From Folioceros fuciformis (Eukaryota), in NCBI GenBank assembly GCA_049999805.1, contig JBNGIO010005879.1, positions 63,217-96,213 of the forward strand: 32,997 bases of DNA, given 5' to 3'. Below, piece by piece: positions 12,625-22,193 of this stretch; positions within the stretch are counted from its first letter, which is position 1, and each line of letters begins with the position of its first letter. The notes below the pieces were generated by a model. It made no database searches and was not told the origin of the DNA. It saw only the letters and a program-made list of their open reading frames with translations. A program made the translations under genes and the position numbers.

Positions 12625-12741
12625 CCTAAAGCTCATGTGGTCATAAGGAATGAGGAAAAAAACCTCAAGCTCATGTGGTCATAAGGAATGAGGAAAAAAA
12701 CCTAAAGCTCATGTGGTCATAAGGAATGAGGAAAAAAAAAA
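12625..12741. repeat. Minisatellite, 3 x 38 bp
   Basis: CCT(A/C)AAGCTCATGTGGTCATAAGGAATGAGGAAAAAAA at 12625, 12663 and 12701, with no spacers. Confidence 0.95.
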
Positions 12742-13047
12742 GCTTAGCCTCTGTTGGGTTTGTATAGAACAGTATAATAATATATCATTATTATATAATT
12801 AAATCTGTATAATTATAATTAAATCTATATTTACAAAAAGTATTTATAATGTTATGTAGTATTGATTGAAAAAGTCCGCTGCTGCAGCTTTCCCTTCCGC
12901 GTGCAGTAGGTACACCAAACACTTTTTGATCGCTTGTCGAATTCAATACTATGGTTGAAAGAATGAGAGTCCTGGTTGGATGTTAGAGGTTTTCTAAGGT
13001 CCAAGTTTTCCAATTCTGAAGTCTTTGAGGCTGCTGGAAGACCGCCT

Positions 13048-13140
13048 TGGAGAGTCTACACCTGGTCCAGTTTACGTTGCTGCGGGAAGACCGCAATGGA
13101 GTTTTGTTAGCACCCGTGGAGAGTCTACACCTGGTCCAGT
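13048..13140. repeat. Pair of identical 24-bp direct repeats separated by 45 bp
   Basis: TGGAGAGTCTACACCTGGTCCAGT at 13048-13071 and 13117-13140. Confidence 0.9.
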
Positions 13141-14010
13141 ATAAGCTGTTTGCTTGAGGCGGGAATTCGGGCCCTTCATCCCTACTGGCGGGAGCATTAT
13201 ACAAGAAGGCATTCCTAGAATGGACAAACTGAAGTTTGTCGGTCTCCGCCAGGAATATGTAAACGTAGGCACACTCGCCTTGGAGGTCACGAGAGTGACG
13301 TGGATGTAGCAACAGGTCCGTATACATGTGCAAAAAGTGTGGGAGGGAGCTGTCGTCTTCGGCAGTCTGTGACTACTGTCTGTTTTTCCTTCCTTAAGGC
13401 ACGGCAATCGTACATGCCTTCAGAAGGTTAGCAAAAGAGACAAGCATGTTTCCCTTTTTGGTCACCTTCTGAACTGATGCACGATTGGAGGAAGGTCTTA
13501 CCATCGGGCCCTTCCACCGGTGCTCTTGTTGTGCATACGGGAAGGAGGAGGGCTTCTCCGTCGTGCGCATGAGTTGCATGCCCAGCTACCAGGCCTGGGC
13601 ATGGGCATTACGTGTGACCACATGCTTTGTGGCCAAGCTTGTGAAATACCCTGGCAGTGTATCTCCCTCTTCCTCTTCAACAGGCAGCTGACAACATGCA
13701 AGTAGAATGGATACCCTGCGCAACACTTCACACTACATTTCCTTGTTGCCAAATAACAGACCTCGACAAGGAAGAAGACGCACAATGTCCAATCTGGCCT
13801 GTCACCCCACCACCTGGCGGGGTCCAGAAAAGATGCTTACACCAGCGTCCGCCTCCGGGAATGGGAATCCTTCTATAGCAACTGCTACTTTTGTGATTTT
13901 TACTGTTGTGAATCCGATGCTGGCCCCATAACCAGCATATAGGTTACACAAACGTAAGTTCCACGCACACCAATCAAGCTTGCTGGCTGCTTGAATTGGC
14001 TGTGCCTGGA

Positions 14011-15992
14011 ATGGAACCCACGGAGCCACAGCCGTACGACCCGGCAATCGTGAACGGAATTGTGCTTCAGGCTGTGCAGGTTGGATCTTCTGGCATTCCT
14101 CTCTCGCCTGCTGGCAGTAGCTGCGGCCTTGGTCCACAACAGCAACTTTTCAGGTGCATTCTGGTTATTTGGTGTCTCTAGTTACTCTTCTGGTGCCTTC
14201 CCAGGCGCACGTCTTGTTTAGGCATGGAGATCGAACTCCAACTCCGGGGAACTTGAACGAAAAGGATCACGGAGAGTTGTGGGCAGCCAGACTACAAGAT
14301 GCTTCCACTCTTATGCCGGAATTGGAGCCTTACCATGCACAGGAGCATCCTTGGGGCCAGCTCACGCAACAGGGTTGGTTCACTATTTCTCTTCGTTGTC
14401 GGAAGCTGGCTGAAATCCCGTCGCAATCCGGTTACAATTGAATCCGGAATGCGAATTGGTGGCAGGTGCCAGACAGGCTCGGGAGCTTGGAAGCTGGTTG
14501 AGGAGGTGCTACTCGGAGGCGCTTAGGTTGTCTGCTGAGGAACCGTCGTCCTCCATGGCTGTGAGGTCCACCACCTACAGGCGCACGCATATGACAGGTG
14601 AAGCTAATCTGGAATTTTTCAGTGTTTGCCACCTTGGGGAGATCTCCTGACCGGACACTTATTTGATGTAAACATGTCCATGCCAGCGTGGTACGTCCTC
14701 GAGGGCCTGCTAGGCTCCCCTGCGGCTGCTGCATTGGTCCCCATAACAAGACTTCCCGAACATCAGGAGAACCTGTACAATAACGAGAGCTGCCCTCGGT
14801 AGTTTCCCAGCACCTTCAAGCTTTGGTGCCGTGCTCATCATCTGGCCTAATCCATATGCTATAATGCTTGGTGGTTTCTCACTGATGAAGACTACAGAAG
14901 TTGTGGAGAAGTAAGTGGAGGGAGCTGAGATTGCATCCCGATGGAAATAACAGCTGGCAGGCACGATATCAGGTGCTTGTAAAAAGAAAGCCGGGGATAC
15001 GAAGCCGGCTGTTTGCTTGACATGACATGCACAGCTTGCTTGCTTCAAGGTCGTGGATAACTTGCTCAACATCCCTTGGGTTGTTCCATCAGGGATTGAA
15101 ACAAGCATTGCAACTCTACTTTGGGCTACCTAAAGGTCGTCCTTTCTTTCCTTGGTTGCTGGTACGAAGCAGCAGCCTTAAACCCAGTGCATTGCGAGAG
15201 CAACTGTGATGAAATCCAAACTGATGTTGATTTCGGGTGTTTGGAAAGAGTAGACAATGGATGTGATCAACTGTTGGAAGTGCCATGGTGACGCATTGCC
15301 TGCGGGTGTGATCTACGCTGAAGCAGAGGAAGTTGTTCAAAGACTCGCAAGGAACTACATGGCCACGTTTCAGGTGCATCCCACTTGAACATGCCCGCCT
15401 TACCTTGCCCTACCGGTGCCCTTGTAGGTCTTGACCATTTACTGCCTCTGATTCCACTCCTCACTGCTGTTTCCACCAGGACCAAGAAATCTGTCAGCTG
15501 TCCATGGGAAGGCTTCTTGGAGACATCACAGCCGCGATGGGTAAGGCCCGTGACCAGGCGTCCGACACCCCTTCCTTGTTTCTCTACTCGGGCCATGACG
15601 CAACGATTCTTCCACTATCAGGTGAAGTCTTCCCCCATGTCTTCAATTCCAGATGTCATACTTGGCAATGGCAGGTGCACTGATAATTTTACTCGAACAA
15701 TGACCCTCTTGCAGTATGCCTCGGCTCGCCATGGAAGACTTGGCCATTTTACGCATCTTTCATCGTGGTGGAGCTGCTCAAGCCGCCCAGTGGAGACGAG
15801 CTGTATGTGAGAGTTTTGTATAACGGGAAGGAAGAAGCACTCTCTTTGTGGCAAGCTGGGAGTTCGTTGCCCCCTACTGGAACAGCCAAACAGAGTCTCT
15901 TCACACTGGAGCAGTTCCAGCAGCACGTGAAGTGGTGCTTGTTGACGGATCATGATTTCCGATTGCAGTGCCACAGGGTTTCCGACTTGTAG
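14011..15992 (+). CDS. Histidine acid phosphatase (His_Phos_2, ACP6-like), copy B, 9 exons, ~390 aa
   Basis: Exons 14011-14079, 14205-14373, 14466-14597, 14687-14798, 14891-14972, 15093-15161, 15254-15373, 15480-15621, 15715-15992 total 1173 nt in frame. Motifs: RHGDRTP, WGQLT, VRSTTYRRT, LYNNESCPR, CHG, LYSGHDAT, WPFYASFIVVEL, YVRVLYNG and a terminal QC. Confidence 0.9.
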
Positions 15993-16549
15993 TGCCATAG
16001 GGACTCTGGTTTGCCTGAGACGCAGGCATCCCCCGTCTCCGATTGAACGAAATGTTGACAACTGATGGAACGGTTCTGGCCCGTCACAAATACTGTACTG
16101 CACTAGCTCAGGGGGCATCTTGGTGACTCGTGTCTCGAAAGAGTGGGTTTTAACCCATACTGCTTGCGGAGTCTGATAGGCCTCGCCCCGCTTTTTATGT
16201 CCTTGTGAGGCCCCCTCCATGTATGAGCTGATAAATTTCTGTACTTTTTCACTAGCGGATGAAAGACTCCGCACCCAGTAAAAGCCCAAAATAGAAATCT
16301 CGTACTGTACGATGACGTCCAATTCCAGCATTGAATCATAAGGCCGTAGCCAGGGTGCTGGCTTAGGCGACAAGTTGGACTGCAAAGGACGCCTCGCCAA
16401 GACTTGCAATCATTGACGAGAGTGGGAGACCTATTCAAGTTGTCGCAGGGCGCTTTCAGTCTACGTTTCCGTGGACTAGCCTAGAAAGATTCTAGTTCTC
16501 ACATCTAGACAAGTAAGTTACCAAGTAGCTAGAACCTAGAACGATAATG

Positions 16550-17770
16550 TTAGCAGATATAAGCCTTAGAAAGCTCGCTGAAATTACACTCCAAGTTTGT
16601 CCTAGGACAAACAATCCTACCGTGGTTCCTTCTTGCCATCTCTTCCAAAGCCCTCTTGCTGTATACATAGCCGTTTGGCAGCACCAGAGGCGGATTGTCC
16701 TCGTTCATTAGCTCCTTGGATATGTAGCATACCAGTTTGGAGTGGATGTGCTTCGCAAATGGCAGTGGCTCCGCCAATTGCCTAAAGGTAGACTGGGAGA
16801 GAGGATCTTCCTTCGTGCATCCCTCCTCGTAGCAGAACGGTGTCTTGAGGGCAGATAGGCCAGCTTGTAGCTGGATGTTGAGGAGTGGCTCAAGGGTCAT
16901 ACCATACAACTTGTACAGCTCCTGCTTGAACTGCTGGATCAAGTTCTCCCATTGCTTCATGTCAAAGAGAATCTTGTAGCCTGCACAGTCAGTGTTGCTT
17001 CTGAAAGCTAAGGTTGCCATGGCCTGCTGCAGCTCCTTCATGTTGGTGGACCCCCATGCCGCCAGGTGCTTCCTGGCATACGTGATGGCGTCCATCATCT
17101 TCTCTGCCCGCACCAACTCGATGAACTCTTGGAGCCGCAGCTTGAATTCCAGCTTGCTCTTGGATTTCTTCAGCTTGGACTTGTTCTCGTTGCACCAGGC
17201 CAGAGCCTCGGAACAGTCTCTCTTACTCAGTGCATCTATTACCTTGTGGGCATCCTCAAACAGATCAAAATCTGTCAGCTCTTGAATGCCATTCGACTCT
17301 GCCAGCTTCAACGCCGTACCATAATGGGACGACCGCAGCATGTAGTCCACCAGAACACGGTCCACGCGGATGCTGTTGCACCTAGCCTGCACCTCCTTGT
17401 TGCTCATTTTCAGCATAGTAAGGTGGTCCAGCCTAGCCCTGGACCTCTGCACCTGCGCACTCTCGCTCTTGTTGCTCTCATCCAGCTTCCGCTTCAACCC
17501 TTGCAACCTCGAAACAAGCGACGTCAGCTGCTGCACCGCCTCGTCCTTGGAGATGGGCCTGCCTCCTGCCTCCACCACCCCTGCAACCACCGCATTCACC
17601 TCCTTCTCCACCGTCCGGCCGCTGGCCCTAAGACACCTCTTGAGCTGTTCGTGAGGGACCTTCACCAGCTGGTGCTCAAGCCTGAGGCTGTCCGAAAGCA
17701 CGTCACTGCTCCGAGCAGCAGGAGCAGATGGCACAGCAGATGAGCCGTTTTGCATTCCTCCTAGCTCCAT
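16550..17770 (-). CDS. MAEA: MAEA/FYV10 (Gid9) homolog, CTLH/GID E3 ligase subunit; 406 aa, single coding exon
   Basis: Uninterrupted ORF with LRLEHQLVKVPHE N-terminus, LisH (DRVLVDYMLRS), CTLH (ALAWCNENKSKLKK..LEFKLRLQEFIEL), CRA (LQAGLSALKTPFC) and degenerate RING (HSKLVCYIS..NPPLVLPNGYVYS..CPRT). Confidence 0.96.
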   Translation of the reverse strand: MELGGMQNGSSAVPSAPAARSSDVLSDSLRLEHQLVKVPHEQLKRCLRASGRTVEKEVNAVVAGVVEAGGRPISKDEAVQQLTSLVSRLQGLKRKLDESNKSESAQVQRSRARLDHLTMLKMSNKEVQARCNSIRVDRVLVDYMLRSSHYGTALKLAESNGIQELTDFDLFEDAHKVIDALSKRDCSEALAWCNENKSKLKKSKSKLEFKLRLQEFIELVRAEKMMDAITYARKHLAAWGSTNMKELQQAMATLAFRSNTDCAGYKILFDMKQWENLIQQFKQELYKLYGMTLEPLLNIQLQAGLSALKTPFCYEEGCTKEDPLSQSTFRQLAEPLPFAKHIHSKLVCYISKELMNEDNPPLVLPNGYVYSKRALEEMARRNHGRIVCPRTNLECNFSELSKAYIC

Positions 17771-18301
17771 CGCGATTCACGCTCTTCCGCACTTCTTCAG
17801 GTCCCGTCAGACTACCCGGTGCGTGCCACACAAAGAGCCCGTGCCCATGTCTGTCAGTAACACCATCTCTGCAACCCTACCACATTCACTTTACCCAGCG
17901 GAATCACGACACCTGCTGTGAGCCCAAATTCACTGTACATGGCTGGACTAGGGGACGGTCGAGCCCCAATTTTTTGGCATAGGAATCGGCTTGTCGTGTT
18001 TCAGATGCAGTGATGTGATGGAACAGTGCGAGAAGTGGCCTGTGCAAACAACGAGGCACAAGCAATTACAACAGGCACAACAAAAAGGAAGGGAAAGAGA
18101 AAGAGAAAGAGCGTCGGGAACGGACCTGGGTCGTCATCCTCCTCACCATCTGGGCTCAGGCCCCACACAACTGCCACCGGCAACAGCTACGATGCAGCAT
18201 CTGAGTTAGGGCATACGTGGTGGACTCCTGGTTTTCGCACGAGTTCCTGGTTGTCGAAGAGTTGGTCCGTCTGCTTGTGGTTGTGGCATCACGTCCAAGC
18301 T
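17771..18301. promoter_or_regulatory. Short divergent intergenic region (candidate bidirectional promoter plus both 5' UTRs)
   Basis: Only 531 bp separate the MAEA ATG (17770, -) and the fibrillin ATG (18302, +). Site II-like TGGGCY motifs lie at 17921 (AGCCCA) and 18151 (TGGGCT). Confidence 0.55.
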
Positions 18302-20011
18302 ATGGCAGCATTTCTCGTTCTCCCCATTCCGGTCTGCCTCGCGCTCTTCTCTCGTTGTTTGTCTGTTGGTGTCGGACCATTAACCAATTGAAAGTGGGTG
18401 CAGGTTGGGACTACGGTAGATTTTTCCTGTCGTGACCGGGGTCTCTTCCTACGGCCGCCGGACAGCAGCAGAACGACAGCACGCTGGAAGGTGAGTTTGA
18501 GGTTGCCACTGCGAGCGATATGGTGAACTCAACTTGCCTTCATACTCGATTAGGATTGGTTTGTTTTGTAGGTGTCAGCCTGTGATAGACCTTCGTATTG
18601 TCTTTGATATTTGGTGCAGAGCCCAGCACACCTTGTTCAGTTTCCTGGAGACCGAGTTGTGACCAGGACGAACACCGATCATGGTAGTGCTGGTGCGTCT
18701 GTGACATCCCCGTCATACAATGAATCTGGGACTGCAGAAGAATTGAAGAAAGCGATCATTCGTGCTGTGGCCAATACAAATCGAGGCAAGGTGGCCATAA
18801 CGTCGGTTATGCACAGGTTCTATTGACTTGTGGTGTTCACCATGTATGGCACTGGTGGAAGGCCCGTGACATACATCGTGATCACCACTAGTTATCATGC
18901 TTAAGCGTCCAAGGATGGCTGTCTCTACCTATGGCTTTCTGAAAGCTCTTCTTGATCTGGCCTCGTTTCAGGCCACAACACCTGATCAAAGGAGGAGAAT
19001 TGTAAGCTTCATCCAGGCAAGTGCTTCTTGCTATGGATATTGTGCAACAGCATTGAGCAGTTGTCACGCGTGAGGTAATGTGTATGAGCGACAAAATATG
19101 CTTGCTCGAAGTGAAACCTTTGCCTCTGGTAGGATTTGGAAGAGTTGAACCCCACACCGGACCCTATCAATTCTCCACTCCTGTCAGGTCTTTGGTCATC
19201 TCTGTATACGGCGCCTATTGACGGTATCCTGGGGACTTTTCTTCTCCTGTGTTGTATCACATTTTGCTGTATTTATCAGGGGACGGGGACCATATCGTGC
19301 ACAATTTGCTGGGATGCTTTTGTGTAGATGAGCCAGCGGACAAATTTGCTGGCGTTGAGGAAGGACCGTTCTTGTACACGTTGAAGCCTCTTGCATTAGG
19401 GTCTGTCAGGCAGACGAGGAGCTCTCAGGTAGGTCCTTAAACGTGGGATTGGTTTCAATTTCATCACTCTTAACGAGCAGATATTCAGATGGTCTGTTCT
19501 GTTGCTCATGCCAGATCATCGATACGACCGAGGGAACTGCAGCAAACATTGCAGACTTCACATTCTTCGGTGTGACTGGTAAGTCCCAGTGGTCCATGCG
19601 ACCAGTCGCTCCATCATTGCCAGTTCACGCATATTCTCTTGACTTCAGTCCAACTTTACCTGCCTGCAGGCTCGTTAACGATCAGGGGGCGGGCAGTAAA
19701 GGCCCCAGCAACAAGCAAGGGTGCGGTGCGACTGAACGTGACCTTCGACAACTTCGATGTGAAACTTGGCGGGTGGCAGTCTCCCACCATATCCCTGACC
19801 TGGGTCAGCCCGAAAGGGTAAGTTTCCGAGTCAAAAACGATGCCATTTTCTTCAGCCGAATTCACTCGAGCTGGCCTTGCACAGATGGGTGGACACGACC
19901 TATCTGGATGGCAACTTCCGCATCGGGCGAGGCGACAAGGGCTCTGTCTTCGTAGCTGTCAAGGCGAAACCAGCAAACATTTCTGGAGAAACGTATGAGC
20001 TTGCAACATGA
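18302..20011 (+). CDS. FBN: Plastid lipid-associated protein / fibrillin (PAP_fibrillin), 9 exons, ~287 aa
   Basis: Exons 18302-18331, 18404-18490, 18620-18790, 18972-19016, 19133-19223, 19328-19428, 19515-19578, 19670-19817, 19885-20011 in frame. Motifs: ELKKAIIRAVANTNRG, LEELNPTPDP..LLSGLWSSLYT, GWVDTTYLDGNFRIGRGDKGSVFV. The first two exons are less certain. Confidence 0.92.
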
Positions 20012-20684
20012 ACCTCTCCCCAACCTTTTTATCAGCTAAACCGTTCCTCGAGTTTCATGCCATTGCCTGAAGTGCATCTTGCGAAGCCACGCGGTTATGG
20101 AGTCCTTGCATCGCTCGCATGCCAGTGTTTTCTGAGCCACACGAGTCCGTGGGCGGTGTAAAGGATCCCCGGCTTCAGAATCCCCAATATCCCAAGCAGA
20201 TAGGACAACAGGGATGAACTGAATGAATTGTTCATTCACCGGTTTCTTGAGCGCGAATTAGAAAACAGTGATGAATAGGCTCAGTCCACCATCTTTTGAA
20301 CGCAAACGACGACAACAAAACAGGAGAACAAAGGAGAGCTCACGTCATGGGGTCTTATAAGAGCTCACTTCACTGGTTTTTTTTAGCATCTTTCAGATGC
20401 ATCATATGCATGAGTCAAAGATACGCCTTAAGGGCGCACGACTCACGAGTTTGACACTCCTTAAGGACTATGTTTAAGGGCTTCCATGCGTATTGCATTG
20501 TGAAGTGTACCTAAATCCATGACACCACCTTAAGAAGAGGAATCTAACCTATCCGGCGTGAATTTAATTACCACGATGAAATAGACATCATATAAAGTAA
20601 GTAATATTTTGATTAAAAAAAAGATGAAGAACCCTAAACACTTAGGAACAATACAATACCCCACAACGCAGGGGGCCACTCCCG

Positions 20685-22193
20685 CTGGATATATTAGTGA
20701 AGAAATACATTGTGTTCGACACGCGTATGCGTTGGCTAATTGCTTGGAGACGCACGTTATGACCACCCGCCTTTACTTGCCGTGTCACACCATCATGTGT
20801 TTCAGTATCAAGGCATTTGGTACGGCAATTGTGTGGTTCCAAGGATGTATTCTTGGCCCACCAATCTTCCACCGTCCGCAGTAGGGTTTGTCACGACACG
20901 AAGTGAGTTCAAATTCCCAATCCAGCACCAAATTCCAGTCCAATCCCCATGCCCAAACTCACCTGGGTGCTAAACTTTAACGGCTACGGATAGCAGGCTG
21001 GAAGGGCGACTCCGTGTGCCTCCGAAGTGGCTGAAATTAAGAATGGAGATCAGATAGACATCGAAATCAGAAATAGAGTCAGTAGCTCGATGTGGATCAG
21101 GTACCGTTGATGCCCTACACATGTTTGGCAGCCGGCTGTATGTCTGCATAGCCAACCTGGCAGCAGATTTCTTTCAAATGCCCATCTCTGACAGGGGAGG
21201 ACCAACGGTTGGCGATGCTGGCTACAGTGTATGGGTGGGATGGTGTGTCCTGTCCCTCTCATGGCAGCTGGGCTCGGCGACTGAAGTACGCTCGCACATA
21301 TGGGTGGCAGGACGCAAGTTTAGTGGAGTGATTTTGGTTTGAGAGGAAAGGAGGGCAAATAGGAGAGCTGGCTCGGAGGCACGCACTTGGTGGAGAGGTA
21401 CACACATTACTACGATGCGAGCCAGCTCGGTGGGGGAAGTTGGGGCACGCAGGCCGGACTGTTGAGGAGAATGTGGGTCGTGGACAGGGGGGTGGAAATG
21501 GTCGCCAGTTGAGTACGGTGGTGTAGCGGGAAGGGGTGTACAAGATGCCACACACACGCGACAGGCTTTCGGCATGGTCCGCATTTTCTTCACACATACA
21601 TAGACAGAGACAGAGACACAGATGTACATACATCCATAGCCCGATGCCGGCAGGTAGAGCAGTGTGGTCGACATACCTTGACCAGGGCGCTTCTGATGCA
21701 GGTCGGGACGTGTCAGCGAGGACCCACGCCCGTGGAGCGGCAGCAAGCATCGCATTTATCGGTGCGCTAAAAGGCTCGCGAGGCGAGCTGGGTCCAAGCG
21801 ACGACCACCAACGACGGCAACGCGGCAAACTCCAGCTGGAAAGAACACCCGTCTCTCTCGAGCGACGTCAAGAACAATAGACATGTACAGGAATGCGTGG
21901 CAACGAAGGATGGTGTGCAACAGAACATGACCTTCCATAAGACGGACGTGATGCTACGCTAGTATTCCGCTATTAAAAAGGACCGGGCTGGCTTATGCCT
22001 GATATCCCTGACCTGACCTGACCTGGATCGCCTCGAAAGGGTAAGCCGATGATGAGACGCTGCCGTTGCCCTTCCCCTTTCTTTAGTCTTTCCCGGCAGA
22101 CGCTCCTGTGGCAAAGGCAGATGAGGGAGGCATCACCATCACCTGCCTCGCCGCGGACGCCAAGTGTCCGCGTCCCGATAGCGGACTCACCAT
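20685..22193 (-). other. Candidate spliced orphan gene or lncRNA (putative 101-aa ORF over 4 exons)
   Basis: Chain of strong minus-strand splice sites: ATG|GTGAGT (22191/22190), TTTGCCACAG| (22106), CCAG|GTCAGG (22023), TTCTTTCCAG| (21836), CAAG|GTATGT (21677), TTAATTTCAG| (21031), CCAG|GTGAGT (20963), CACTAATATATCCAG| (20685). No recognisable homology. Confidence 0.35.

Noticed and set aside
12625..12741. 38-bp repeats as a CRISPR array
   Set aside because: Units abut with no unique spacers, there are no cas genes, and the context is eukaryotic; this is a minisatellite.
13048..13140. 24-bp repeat / 45-bp spacer / repeat as a mini-CRISPR
   Set aside because: Only two copies, no third unit at the 69-bp period on either side, and no cas genes.
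13760..13810. DKEEDAQCPIW as a RING-H2 pseudogene fragment
   Set aside because: Would need a frameshift to make CPIC, and no downstream RING ligands follow.
15618..16409. 263-aa minus-strand ORF
   Set aside because: Non-ATG start, overlaps the phosphatase last exon in antisense and the MAEA 3' region, and has no recognisable motifs.
17066..17743. 225-aa plus-strand ORF
   Set aside because: Antisense shadow of the codon-biased MAEA CDS.
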